A stretch of 49,272 bases of DNA from Rotaria socialis (GCA_905331485.1 CAJNYT010000219.1:1-49272), one strand, 5' to 3'; numbered from the stretch's first letter, positions 1 through 11,542 are shown. Numbers and translations: made by a program. The notes: generated from the letters alone by a model not told the origin.

Positions 1-2164
1 TCGATATCTTTCTTATTTCTCAACTAATCGTTGAAAACGCAGAACAAAAAATGATCAGCGCAAAAATCTCTACAAGATGAAACCAATAAAACGGGATTTG
101 AAAACTTTTCTGTAAATGGTGGGAGGAAGCTGGTGGAAACACCCAGTTAGAATATAGAAAAATGCAATGATTAGAGAACAGTAAATGATTTACCATAAGG
201 ATGTAGGGGAAGATACAGAAATGTATGAAGTGCAACTAGTTCAAGTGGCTTTTTGTAACAGATGTTTTCAAAAAGAAAACTGCCAAATTTATTGATTTCT
301 TCGACTTGAAAAGCTAGTAGTTGTTGTACGTAACATTTGACTTTGTACATTTTACAGACAAAAGCACACGTTTTACCATCATAAAGAATCCATCGAATTT
401 TACCAATTATTGGTAGATTTGGAAATTTTTCTTTTGACACATTCAAGACTGTGCTTTGTGAATATTTATGACCACCAATAATTGCTTATATCAGCATATA
501 TCAGTTTCATTTTATAAATATATCTATGAAAAGAATCCACTCGAATATAAAGACATTGTCTATATATCTAATCATTTTAAAGGATGTCGGATATAAAAGA
601 ACAAAATTAAATATAAGCAGCTTTTGTTAAATTATTTATTAAATGCCAAGATTTATTTTTCTGATCGATAGAATGTATCACTTTTCGTTGATACGACATT
701 TAATGATATTTTTCACTCATCAATATGCCCGAACGATAATGTGAATGAAGAAGCATTCATTATTTCGTCTGATACAGATATGTTGATGAGAAACAGTTAT
801 CAAGAAGAGACGAATGCACACTGTTTCAATGCGGTACCACCGGAATCATCTATCTTTGAAAAAGATAAGATAACTGACAATTGCGAAGATCCTAATAGTG
901 AATGTACTGTCGATGAAGATTCATTTTTATTATCAATTGCTCGTTTCATATCATCACCTATGTTTTTAAATGATACAGACAGGTTGAGTGATGGATTGAA
1001 TAGCACAAATACTGATAAACCGAAATTGAGGCGTTCTAGAAAGTTTAATTCGCGATCTTATTACTATAAGCGGAAGGTTAGTTGTCACTTCAATCAATAA
1101 AACACATGTAACCATATTGATTTCATTAGATTACAAATGATATTCGAAGAAGATTATCAACATTATCTCATCGTAGCCAATCGGGCGCTGGAAGTCGTGG
1201 TTCAGCATGTCGTGAAGATGCTTAAAAATCACCGATAGATGAACTAATTACTTGGGTTACAGAACAAGTACAAGATAAACTTATTTCTTTGAATGAAATC
1301 AAAGACAAGTTAAGAAGTATTATATGTACCCATCACCAGAAAAAACTAGATGATATACAATTGAGAAGTGATTGGGTACAGCGACAGGTGCAAAAGTATT
1401 CGCCTGAGAAGTTTTGGTTCGGCAAGATTGCTAAGCGTCTTGGAACATATATTGGTCTAAATAACATCAATGATCATTTACAAAATAGTTTGTCATCGTC
1501 CTTTTCTTAGAATTTATCGCAATACAATTTTACGGCTACTACTGAACAAGATGATTTAATACAAAGTAACGGAAAGAAACAATTGTCTAGCACTATTTAC
1601 AGCAGTTACCACGTTGCGTGAGCAAATTCGAGAGAATAATCATCTGATTCAAGTCTTCCATAAAGAACCTGAGAATATTACTAATATGACGTCTGGCTTA
1701 TTGAATAGTCTTATTCCAATGTTGTTGAGAAATTTTATTGGTATGTTAACAGCAAGCAATCGCAAGTTTTCTAAAATAAAAAGTGAATATGTGTAAGATA
1801 CATATATATTCAAGCCATTACACTAAATATGAATATGTTGTTTTCTATTTTTAGATATTTAGATACATTTGATATTGATTTGTTTCGTTGTAGTGAAGAC
1901 TGGCTCAAAAATACTTCTATTTGCTATGACATCATTAATATTCAAAAGTACTGGTAGATAATACTAACTAAATACTTTACATACCCTCGACTCATGATTA
2001 AGTCAAGCGAATTCTTTTTTATTCTAATCGGATAGAGCCGATTACTGACTATTCAATCGACTGATACTACAAGATAATCATCTAGTATCTGAATTGATCT
2101 TATTCATGAAATGTGGCAAGCAGCACCAGTCACCAAAAATTGTCACAATGTCTTCTTTGATTCA

Positions 2165-2770
2165 TGTTACTTACGAGGGAGGATCACCAGCTGTTCAATC
2201 CCTTTTGCATTGAAACTATTTACATTATGTAGCTCCCAAGGAGTTATGGATACGCTGAAAATATTTTGGGCGGACAGTTTGTTGTTATGAAAATAGTCCA
2301 TCTTAAAGGTATGGTTTTTAATGAGTACCTGGACTCCCCTCAGGAACCTTGAAAAAAATTGATTTTTGAATTTCGACTTGAAACTTTACATAGAAATACA
2401 CCTCAACAAGAATAGTGTTTTGTGAATGTTTTTGGTCAGTGAATTTGTTTGTTTCATAAAATCTGCTACCTTATTTAAAAGATGTAAAATAAAAATTTCA
2501 TAATAGCTGTGTGTACTGATAGGATATCGTAGAATGGTCTGAAACGGCCACGAAACACTATTCTCGTTAAGGCATATTTCTATGTAAATTTTCAAGGTTC
2601 CTGAGCGGAGTTCAGGCACTCACTAAAAACCATACCTTACAAATGGGCTATTTTCGTAACAACAAGCCATCCACCCAAAATATTTTCAGTGTATCCATAA
2701 CTCCTTGGGAGCTACATAATGCAAATATTTTCAACGCAAAAGCGATTGAACAGTTGGTGACCTTCCCTCG
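2165..2770. repeat. ~600-bp foldback palindrome (arms ~270 bp, ~85-90% identical, central loop ~2440-2545)
   Basis: 2170-2275 'ccagctgttcaatcccttttgcattgaaactatttacattatgtagctcccaaggagttatggatac' is the reverse complement of 2690-2765. The arms extend inward ('ggttcctgag...' at 2590 versus 'cctcaggaacc' at 2350). Confidence 0.8.
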
Positions 2771-3560
2771 TTAGATATAATTATTTTCTGTAACATAAAG
2801 TTAGACAAGTAAGTAATCATTCATAAGCAGTAACAAATTGTTTTCATGACACACTTGCCAAAAAAGTCCATAGTGGTCCATAGAGTATGATTAAAAAGAA
2901 TAAGTAAATGAGCATTAATTGAATACATGGATATCGACTATTATCTAGATGTGATACATATCGGATGATGCATAAAGAATTATTCCTGTTGTGTTTTTGG
3001 TATTTTTCCTGTATTATCCTGTTAAGTCAAAATTTCTTTTAATCAAAGATAACACTTGCAATTCTACAAAAAATTAAGTAGCCTATTTAATTAATATATA
3101 TATAGCTTCTTCCATTTTACTGGATTCACATCAATTGTACAGTTAGATCGAATATAAAATGTAAATTTCTTATTTTTCTCTTTTTCTCACGACAGACTAT
3201 ATTTCGTCTACCGATGTTGCCGTTGTGATAGCATGATCTCAATAGATAGCTTCAATCAATTAATTCTAGGGTATGCGTGTCGGTGTAGATGTTATTTAGT
3301 TATTTTTGCACAATCACACCCACACCCTCAAGAAGTTAAGAAAAAGATGTTTAATAATTTCTAAGTTTTGCTCGTCAAAGCTTTGCTCGCATGTTGAATG
3401 TTCTTCTTAACTTTAATGATTGCGTGATGATTGTCTTCAAATGTTTTGTGGTAAATAAGCAAAGCTTTTAAAAAACAATGGAAGGTTTGCGGATAGTTTC
3501 CAGTTGAAAAATGAATACTTCCTGTATTGTTGTAAATAAAATCAATAACAGGGCCTTGAG

Positions 3561-3620
3561 GGTGTGGGGTGTACATATATTTATCACCTATAAATACACA
3601 TCCACACCCACACCCACACC
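3561..3620. repeat. Inverted telomeric-repeat module: (TGTGGG)n - 22-bp filler - (CCCACA)n
   Basis: gggtgtggggtgt ... tccacacccacacccacacc; a smaller cacacccacaccc tract lies at 3315-3327. Confidence 0.85.
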
Positions 3621-4279
3621 AACGATAAAAAAGGATATATAACTGTATAAATTTATCAAACAAGACTCGATGTAATACCATTTGTGTCTGAAACTGTTTT
3701 TACTTTTTTCAGAGAGCTCATATTCTAACCAAGTTTACCATTGTAAATGGTAATTAGCAACAAAGTTTAATAAGGTTATGCCATACATGGTTTTACTCAT
3801 CGATTCAAATAGTTCTCTCTCTCTCTCAAGTTAGATTAGGAAGTTCTTCTGATTAGAATTTGACTTTCTGCGTCGATTTGTACAAGCAGATTTTTCTATA
3901 GCACATAATTAGTTTCAAGTAGTACCGTTTGATCGCTCTTGGGTGTTCCTGTATTAATGGTTTTGAGCGGAACACAAATCAACATTCACATCTACAACCC
4001 ATTCGAAATATTTACAAGCCCTGTTGTTTTTTTTTGTGAAGTTTATAATAGAGGTCAATAACGACGAAAACATCACACACACAATCTTGTTTATTTAAAT
4101 CTTAATAATGTAGATTCTGGTGGGGGTTCTTTTCACGCATACCCTCCCCCCCCCCCACTAAACCCTAAATTTCTGTCTCCCCGTCTCTCTCTCTCTCTCT
4201 GTGTTGTCGATAAATCAATATGTAGTCTTGTTTTTAACAGTAGCATCCAGTCAAAACTAGTGTGATAGTATTTCGGTGA

Positions 4280-5362
4280 TCAAATTGATCTATCTATTAC
4301 TTGGTTGTTTCTTGGGCCTGTACCTATCAGCACCACAGGAATGCCTGTTTCACGTTCCATCATTTCTATATACTGCTTGGATTTTTCTGAAAGCTGATCA
4401 TATTGTGTGATACCAGCATCATCATAGTTGATATACTGTATGAAGTTAACTGCCAATTTGTTAACACCTGTCAGTTTCACTGCACGTTTGATACGATTCA
4501 CATCAATTTCAAATACCCGTCGTAATTTCTTAGTAACAGTTGTTAATTCTTTCGAAGAAAATGTCCCAATAGGGGCACCTGCTCGTTGTTCTACTTCTTC
4601 CCATGTGATTTCTTTTCCACCATCCCCTGAATATGCTTCACCTCCATCAGATTTAGCCATGTCATTAGAAATACGAATTGGATATGTACGAATGACACCA
4701 TAGATATCTCGAATATGTTTCGGAGGAATACCGTTATCTGAAAGTCCTTGCATTGGTGAACATTCTCTGCTGGTACAATGTGGATATTGAAAACCATGAT
4801 TAATACCTAATTCAAAACCTTGTGCTATTTCTAAAATACCTGTTTTTCCTTGTTCCAAATCATCGCAAGCCATTTCAGCTGTGTCTGCCAAAAAATTCGA
4901 CCACTCTCGAATGTCATGCATTAATTTATGATCTGGATGCCGCATTACTTTGAATGCACTAGCTGCACCAACACCTTTAAATGTACTTCCAGAGCGTATA
5001 TTCTCCTTTTCCCAATCACGATGTGTTTGTTGGATAACCGATGCTCTTGGATGAATAAAAAGACGGCCTTTTGCTTTTTCTTTGCCGCCAAGATACTGAT
5101 CAACTTCATTTTCAAGCTGTACCAAATCGATAACAGCGCCAGCACCTATATATAATTTCGTACTATCATTAATTAACGCTTGTGGCAACTGTTGGAAAAC
5201 ATATTTGGTGCCATCTTGTTTTATTACCGTATGACCTGCTTGTACACCATAGCTTTCAATAGCAAAATCATATTTGTGCTTTGTAGCTAAATATCCACCA
5301 ATAAGTCCTTTCCCGCACGATCCAAAGCAGAGATCAAGAATAATATCCAACGATCGTTCCAT
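4280..5362 (-). CDS. Short-form adenylosuccinate synthetase family protein (archaeal PurA / PurZ-type length), 360 aa, single exon
   Basis: Colinear with PurA throughout: 'QAGHTV' matches the NAGHT His motif, 'KGVGAASAF' the GTTGRGIGP region, 'LEIAQGFELGINHGFQYPHCTS' the EGAQG..DHGTYPYVTSS block, and the C-terminal 'EYDKLTEKGKAFI..ERVGVPV.IISTGP' of archaeal PurA aligns with 'QYDQLSEKSKQYIEMMERETGIPVVLIGTGP'. At 360 aa it has the archaeal/PurZ size, not the ~450 aa eukaryotic size. The N-terminal P-loop reads 'FGSCGKGL' where the canonical sequence is 'WGDEGKGK'. A true ATG (cat on the plus strand at 5360-5362) starts the ORF, and it has no intron. Confidence 0.8.
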   Translation of the reverse strand: MERSLDIILDLCFGSCGKGLIGGYLATKHKYDFAIESYGVQAGHTVIKQDGTKYVFQQLPQALINDSTKLYIGAGAVIDLVQLENEVDQYLGGKEKAKGRLFIHPRASVIQQTHRDWEKENIRSGSTFKGVGAASAFKVMRHPDHKLMHDIREWSNFLADTAEMACDDLEQGKTGILEIAQGFELGINHGFQYPHCTSRECSPMQGLSDNGIPPKHIRDIYGVIRTYPIRISNDMAKSDGGEAYSGDGGKEITWEEVEQRAGAPIGTFSSKELTTVTKKLRRVFEIDVNRIKRAVKLTGVNKLAVNFIQYINYDDAGITQYDQLSEKSKQYIEMMERETGIPVVLIGTGPRNNQVIDRSI

Positions 5363-6863
5363 CTGAATGCGTACCTAAAGTTGAACAAATATACATCATA
5401 TCATATAACAACAGCTATAGTGTTATTATGTGTGTACAATTGTTCTAAATAACAACGTATGATACAATACGAATGAATTCAAGTCGTAACCATTTTTCAT
5501 TATACAAAGCATTGATTGAGAGCTCTCATGTTAGTCATTTAAAAGTATCCAATTTAAAAAATAATGGTCTAAGATGATTACAAGGTAACTAAACAGATCT
5601 ATGTTTTTCTATAGGTTTCATAGGGCCTATTAGGATCTGCTAGAATCAAGCAGAGTCTAAAGGCTCGATTAAACTTCATAGAATCAACTAGCGCCCTCAT
5701 TATATGGATTCTATCTGAGGCTTTCGTGATCCCCTCACCCTAGAGATAATATATGTTGTCTTCTCTTCCATCCTCGTTCTGAAGAGTATTACAGACTCTA
5801 GCAAACCCTGTTAGATCCTGGGGGGGGGGACTATTATGACTTATTACATAAATTATATAGAATAGAATTGTTATGGAGTTTATTTGTGCCATTCAGTGAA
5901 AACCAATCTAGAAGCTAATCCCATACGTCACAGCCATCTCATCAGTTTTAATCCAAACAGAAATAAAGCTAAGACGACGAATAATATGAAAACCACAAAG
6001 CTATTTGCATGTAAATATATTACTTTAGAAGCAGTCTCGCGCTTCCCATCTCTACTATGTTTAAAATTATGATATCATCTTTCCGCTGAAAGTTGTTTTG
6101 CAGATTTTTATTGATGCATTTCAAGCAAAAGAAACATTTTTTTTAAAAAGGAATACAAACTGGGTACTATGAAAAGAAAAGTAATCCTACATTTTCTTGT
6201 TATTTCTCGTAAATTCGTTTTGATAACTAGTGTTTTGTCTTCACCTAGCTTGTATCTTTGCTAGACGTTGACATACCTCTTCGTTTGTTCTTTCGGTAGG
6301 AAGCACCTTTATATATATATATAAGTCGATATCTTGGAAATTTTCAGTATATCTACAAAACAAGGGAAAAAATCATGGCTATAATATGGATGGTATTGGC
6401 CAGCCCAGTGCTGGATCAATGTTTATTTATTTTATTTCTTTATGTCACTCTCATCATAATCAATTAGGTATCCGTATCACCAATATCAGTAACTTTATTT
6501 TTATATTTAATTAGACGGGCAATTTTCTTACTCATCGCATTTACCTATTCTTTTTCTTCTTCTCCATTAATAGACAAATATACTATATGTCTTTTACTTT
6601 TACTGACCGAAAACACAACACATGTAACATATGTTATTCGATGTCTATACAGATAATGAGGATAGAAATGCAAAAAAAAGAGAAAGAATTGGGGAATATA
6701 TGCTATCAATTGGGACACTTTCTCTTCTTTTCTCTAGTATATGTGTCTATTAATGGAGAACAAGAAAAATAATAGGTAAATACGATGAGTAAGAAAGTTG
6801 CACCATCATATTAAATAAGAACAAGAAAATTACTGATATAAGCGATACGGACATTTTATCACT

Positions 6864-6958
6864 GGGCGTGGGTGTGGGTGTGTGGATGAAGCAGAGAATA
6901 TGCAACACCCACACCCACACCCACACCCACACCCACACCCACACCCACACCCACACCC
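6864..6958. repeat. Inverted telomeric-repeat module with the longest C-strand tract, about 9 x CCCACA
   Basis: gggcgtgggtgtgggtgtgtgg - 19 bp filler - (cacccaca) for about 54 bp. Confidence 0.9.
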
Positions 6959-7575
6959 TGGTATTGCACGAAGTCTAGCACACTTCGAAACTTCTAAATG
7001 GTTTCACTCGTTAGTATGATTATAAATGCTTCTTTTGAAAGAGGTGAATAATAAACCCTTCTAATCAAAATATGATATTTACAACTCTAACTCTTAATTC
7101 TGTCTCATTTTTTTATGATGTACATTAAATAGATCAAAAAATGAGCATTGAAAAATATTTTAAAGACAAAAAGAAAATATTATTAAAATTCGAATAAAGA
7201 ACACTTGCCGAATTTAACCTTACAAATTCCACTGTTAAGCCACACATTTGCATTATGTTTGAAGAAAACAAATAAAATTTAAAATGAACATCTGGTTTAT
7301 TGAATATGTGAGTGAGAGAAAAGACAGCGCATAACTTATTTGTTAAACTGATAGATTGAAAAAAAAGAAAACCCTTAAAATGATCACTCTATCAATAAGT
7401 ATATGAATGCAGTGACGAATTCGAAAGTACCAAAAATTGGTAACATGCAGTAGAACGCATAGGCGCAGAAATTATTCAAAAATTGGATAGTCACTACATA
7501 ACAATTTTCGGGATTATATGCAAGCAGGTAACACAAAATATAAACATATCGTAAATTAAAAACACTAATAATAAA

Positions 7576-9954
7576 TTAGACTTCTTTAAATAATATTCCG
7601 TAGGGTCGAACATTCTGTGAATTGTTACACGTCCATATATCTCGATTGTGCTTTGCGATCGAACTATTATTAATTCTCACTTGAAACATAACTTGCAATT
7701 GTCGGCCATTGTATGGTGTTGGCCTAGAGTAGTGTCTACTCCCGGAATATGATGGATTAGGCGATAAATATATGCCTCGACCATGAGCAGAACCATTAAC
7801 AATAGGTATCCCATTACTACCTCCAGCAATTAAACCATTACGTAGTATAGCTAAAGCATTGGCAGTTGCAGTACCATGATAAGCTACAGGCCATGCATCT
7901 TTGCCCTCCGCTAGCCATTCAGCATTTTCATATTTTCCAAGTACTTTAATAGCCTTTCTATACCATCCGCATGGCCTTGTATAAGGTTCTGGTCCACGTT
8001 GAAAAGTTCGACCGGCATCATTTCTTGTTGTAAAATCGTAGTCGTAAGTGCTATCAAGAAACTCTTCATCTAGCATAACACGATTTACAAAACGATTAGT
8101 CCGAGCAGTAGCACTTGAAAAATGTGGAATATAAGCTGCAATTGAACTCTGATTGTATTGATAAAATCGAACGTTTTGATCATCTTCCCATCGATTTATA
8201 TCATTATCAATATTCCAATAACTTAATCGAATACTTTCAGGACATGTATATTCAGATGGTTCATTTATTATTAATAGTGGACAATGCTCTTTTTTATCAC
8301 TAAATTGAATATGATCAGCTTTGAAATGAATAACTGATATAATTCGATTATAATTTTCTTCTAATGTTCCTTTGTCCGGTACATAATCTTCGTTTTTCCA
8401 TACAGTATTTGGTAAGGATTTACTTACTACGGACTTTGATTCTGATTCTTGTGCTATTTTATATTCCATTATTCGAGAAGAATAATACATAACAGCATTA
8501 CTTTCATACATATCAGCCTTTTCACACTGAGGACACTTTATTTTTACAGTAGAATTAGACTCTTGTTTAATGGTTGATGTTAGTTTATCATTTAATCTTT
8601 TACAGCACTGGTAACAAAATAAAGCTGAACAATTTGGATTAAGACATAATCTATGTTTTTCAGGTATTAAACGACAATATAAACATTCTAAAGCCGAAGT
8701 TCCTTCCATTTCAAATTTATCAATAATTTTTGATTTACGGTATTCTGATAATCGAACTTTCTTGTAACATGTTGGACAATGATGTTCATGATTTGTATTA
8801 TCACAACTGGATTCAATACAAATGCGACAAAATACTTGTGTACAATATGGGCATTCTAAATTATCATCATTAAGTTGTGATAAACAATTTAGACATTCAG
8901 GTTTATCTATGAAAATTAATGAAGATGTTGACGGTTTATTAATTAAAGTAGCTGAATTAAAATCCGTTTCAACTGCTTGTGCTAAATTAGTTTCATTGGA
9001 TGGCGTTTCTTTTTTTGAGGATATAATTGGATTTGACTGAGTAGGATTTATTTTCTTAATGTTAACTTTATCAATCTGATTATTCAATTCATTGATTTTT
9101 GTTGATATCTTCATCCAATTGCATGATGATTTTAAATTATCGATCAAGAAATCGTTGCTCCCAATAGAAATTGTTGTTGATTTTTTATTTCCAATTGTTT
9201 GTTTTGCTTGCTGGGCGGATTTAATCACATTGATGGTCTCAACTGGAAACATTAAAATAATTGTATTATTATCCAATCGAGCTTCACATTCATAATTTAT
9301 TATAGCAAATTTATCCTTATTGATGTCTGAAACTTTTTGACAGCGATCACTAGGTTGGACTGCATTAATCTGAGATGACCCTATATCTCCGTCGACGATA
9401 GTATCAGGCTGAATATTAAATTTTAATTGAACAATAGAACCAGGATTAATTCCTAAATCCAACATTGGAATATATGCATTTTTATTTAATGAGTAATATT
9501 TTCCATTAGCCATAATTCCTTGCGCATAGCGACCGTCGCAACATCTTACTTTACAAAATTGAGATAACAATAAACGATCATAGGGTAATGCTATTAATAA
9601 TGGATAATCATATATTTGGACTGATTTGAACATGGCCGTTTTTATTAATTTAATATGTGACACGTCAGCATTAGCTGAAATGAATATTTTTTCTAGTAAT
9701 TCAAAGTAATTTTCTACATTCATTGTAATTTTTTCTGATAAATGATTAGTTTGAATCATTTTACCAATATGTTGACATAATTTATTATATCTGAGTGGAT
9801 GAATTAATTGGGACGAAGGAATAATTCCCATTTTAATTTCAGTTATTGGCCAATATCTGAGATCTTGATCTTTACTAACAGCGCTAATAGGTTTATTATA
9901 ATCAGAATTTTCACTTTCTAATTGATTAGTGTTATCGGCAATTAAATGAAACAT
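7576..9954 (-). CDS. Large (792 aa) protein with several Cys-rich zinc-finger clusters (RING/IBR/B-box-like) and a C-terminal PARP-type (H-Y) ADP-ribosyltransferase-fold segment
   Basis: Cys clusters 'CLNCLSQLNDDNLECPYCTQVFCRICIESSCDNTNHEHHCPTC', 'CLYCRLIPEKHRLCLNPNCSALFCYQCC' and 'CPQCEK'. The C-terminal 'WPVAYHGTATANALAILRNGL...GSAHGRGIYLS' matches the PARP H-G-S/T ... IL..GF ... G-x-G-I-Y-F pattern. The ORF stops before the third catalytic position of the ART triad. True ATG start. Confidence 0.6.
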   Translation of the reverse strand: MFHLIADNTNQLESENSDYNKPISAVSKDQDLRYWPITEIKMGIIPSSQLIHPLRYNKLCQHIGKMIQTNHLSEKITMNVENYFELLEKIFISANADVSHIKLIKTAMFKSVQIYDYPLLIALPYDRLLLSQFCKVRCCDGRYAQGIMANGKYYSLNKNAYIPMLDLGINPGSIVQLKFNIQPDTIVDGDIGSSQINAVQPSDRCQKVSDINKDKFAIINYECEARLDNNTIILMFPVETINVIKSAQQAKQTIGNKKSTTISIGSNDFLIDNLKSSCNWMKISTKINELNNQIDKVNIKKINPTQSNPIISSKKETPSNETNLAQAVETDFNSATLINKPSTSSLIFIDKPECLNCLSQLNDDNLECPYCTQVFCRICIESSCDNTNHEHHCPTCYKKVRLSEYRKSKIIDKFEMEGTSALECLYCRLIPEKHRLCLNPNCSALFCYQCCKRLNDKLTSTIKQESNSTVKIKCPQCEKADMYESNAVMYYSSRIMEYKIAQESESKSVVSKSLPNTVWKNEDYVPDKGTLEENYNRIISVIHFKADHIQFSDKKEHCPLLIINEPSEYTCPESIRLSYWNIDNDINRWEDDQNVRFYQYNQSSIAAYIPHFSSATARTNRFVNRVMLDEEFLDSTYDYDFTTRNDAGRTFQRGPEPYTRPCGWYRKAIKVLGKYENAEWLAEGKDAWPVAYHGTATANALAILRNGLIAGGSNGIPIVNGSAHGRGIYLSPNPSYSGSRHYSRPTPYNGRQLQVMFQVRINNSSIAKHNRDIWTCNNSQNVRPYGILFKEV

Positions 9955-10016
9955 AATTAATTGTAAAACTGAAATGGACTCATTTTCTGATAATAGTGTT
10001 TTTGATTCTTTACGTT

Positions 10017-10688
10017 CTAATAATAATAATCGGATTTATGAATAATTAATAATCGAAATGGTGGTAATGCAACACGATTTAATCGAAAAGAAAGTTTTAA
10101 AATTTCTTCGTATAATTCTTTTGCTTCATTTTCTAATGAAATCATTATATTTTCATATACTAATACATAATCAGCAAGATCAACAGGTATTGTGTCAATG
10201 TTATCACTATATAGTATAGTGGATAATATCAGATGAGCTGCACCAATAGTCATAGATTTCGGCAACCAAATCGATTTTAATTGACTATTTTTTGTTGTAG
10301 AAGATAATGAATTTAATGATTTAACTGAATAAATTTCATATTTAACCATACCAGCATCAGTGGTCTGATTTATATTATTAACAGTAATAAAATTACTAAA
10401 AGTTGTATAGAGATCATTGACAAATTCGTGTAAGATTGGATTGCCTTTTAAGTCTAAGACTTTTGTTTGTGCTTGTTGTTGAGATTTCTCAATTGTTTCT
10501 TTAACTATTTTACCGTGATCTTTTGATGAAAATGAATTAAAACAATACTTTTCACTTTCAAATAATGCTTTTAATATATTGACAGTTGTTGGGGTGTCAT
10601 AGATAATATTACTTATTGTGTTGTTTCGGTTATTCGCATTAAGATCATTAGTATCGCTTTGATTGGGAACAGTGGAGGAATTACCCAT
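10017..10688 (-). CDS. 223-aa ORF with an MGNSS N-terminus (N-myristoylation-type motif); unknown function, possibly a separate upstream gene or 5' partner of the 7576..9954 gene
   Basis: Uninterrupted ORF on the same strand immediately upstream of the 792-aa ORF. True ATG start. No recognisable domain. I could not find a usable donor that joins it in frame to the downstream ORF. Confidence 0.35.
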   Translation of the reverse strand: MGNSSTVPNQSDTNDLNANNRNNTISNIIYDTPTTVNILKALFESEKYCFNSFSSKDHGKIVKETIEKSQQQAQTKVLDLKGNPILHEFVNDLYTTFSNFITVNNINQTTDAGMVKYEIYSVKSLNSLSSTTKNSQLKSIWLPKSMTIGAAHLILSTILYSDNIDTIPVDLADYVLVYENIMISLENEAKELYEEILKLSFRLNRVALPPFRLLIIHKSDYYY

Positions 10689-11451
10689 TTTTTATTCGTT
10701 CGTAGGCAGAAAATCTGAAATTGTAGTCAAACTATAAAAGTAATACTAACATCGGATTAACTATAAAAATTTTGTGCTAATGATTCGAACAGAAACTCTT
10801 CTAATCGTCGTCCTTCTTCTATCTTAAGAAATTAAAAGACAAAAAGACCGCTTGATAACAGATAAAGAAGAATATTAAAATAAATAGAAGGATGTTTTCA
10901 TATTATCTAATCATTGCTGCTAGATCCTAATAGATATATTTGGCATTTGAATAGATAATTTTAACTTGTGTTCAATATCATATAACACTGTTGTATGGAA
11001 AAAATTTTTATTGCCAACGAAAAATCGTCAACCCACTTGTTTGAACAAGAATTTAAATATTTCAATTTTTTATTGTAGTGTTTTTTATGGGTCACCCTGT
11101 ATATAAACGAAACGAAAAGAAAAATGTAATATGAATCATTACTAACAACAAGAGACATGAAGAGAAACTCAAGGACACGCATATATAGTGAAATCTATAA
11201 TAAAGAAAGTACCAATAGTCTCCTCTGAACACAGTACAGATCATAACTATCTAATATAGATGAATAAATTATGAATATATCAGTGGCTGGCATGTGTAAG
11301 ATTTGCATAACTTGATGCAACCTAATTCACATATTCTTCAGTTCTATCTGAGTCGATTGAATGTAAAAGCTTTTCAGAATAAAGTAAAAATCATGCCAAC
11401 TTTAAAAAATTATTTCCTATGTAATGTTAACTGGCTGTCTCTTGTTTCAGC

Positions 11452-11508
11452 GGATGTGGATGTGTGTGCGCTATCTTTAACCCAGCCTACGCCCACACCC
11501 ACACACCC
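11452..11508. repeat. Degenerate inverted telomeric-repeat module
   Basis: ggatgtggatgtgtgtgcg ... cgcccacacccacacaccc. Confidence 0.6.
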
Positions 11509-11542
11509 TTATGATACTTGACGTCTCTTATTGATCCTTGTA

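Noticed and set aside
741-1796. ORFs 741..1100, 1289..1510 and 1614..1796 on the plus strand, possibly exons of one gene
   Set aside because: No recognisable domains and no clean GT-AG junctions were found. Left unannotated.
4428-5155. Antisense ORFs (4428..4703, 4928..5155 and others) inside the PurA-like gene
   Set aside because: They overlap a well-supported 360-aa CDS on the opposite strand and have no homology. They are chance ORFs.
4280-5362. Calling the PurA homolog a bona fide PurZ (dGMP-utilising, Z-genome) enzyme
   Set aside because: Only the size class and the altered P-loop point that way. Without an alignment to PurZ active-site residues this is a hypothesis (see findings), not an annotation.
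6750-6956. 68-aa ORF 'MWVWVWVWV...' and the similar ORFs at 3361..3681 and 13378..13608
   Set aside because: They are translations of the CCCACA/TGTGGG telomeric tracts (W-V or H-P-H repeats). This is a repeat artefact, not coding.
9969-10013. GTAAAG...TTTCAG 45-nt intron-like segment between the 223-aa and 792-aa ORFs (minus strand)
   Set aside because: It lies 3' of the upstream ORF's TAG at 10017-10019, so it cannot fuse the two coding frames. It may be a 5'-UTR intron of the downstream gene, or chance.
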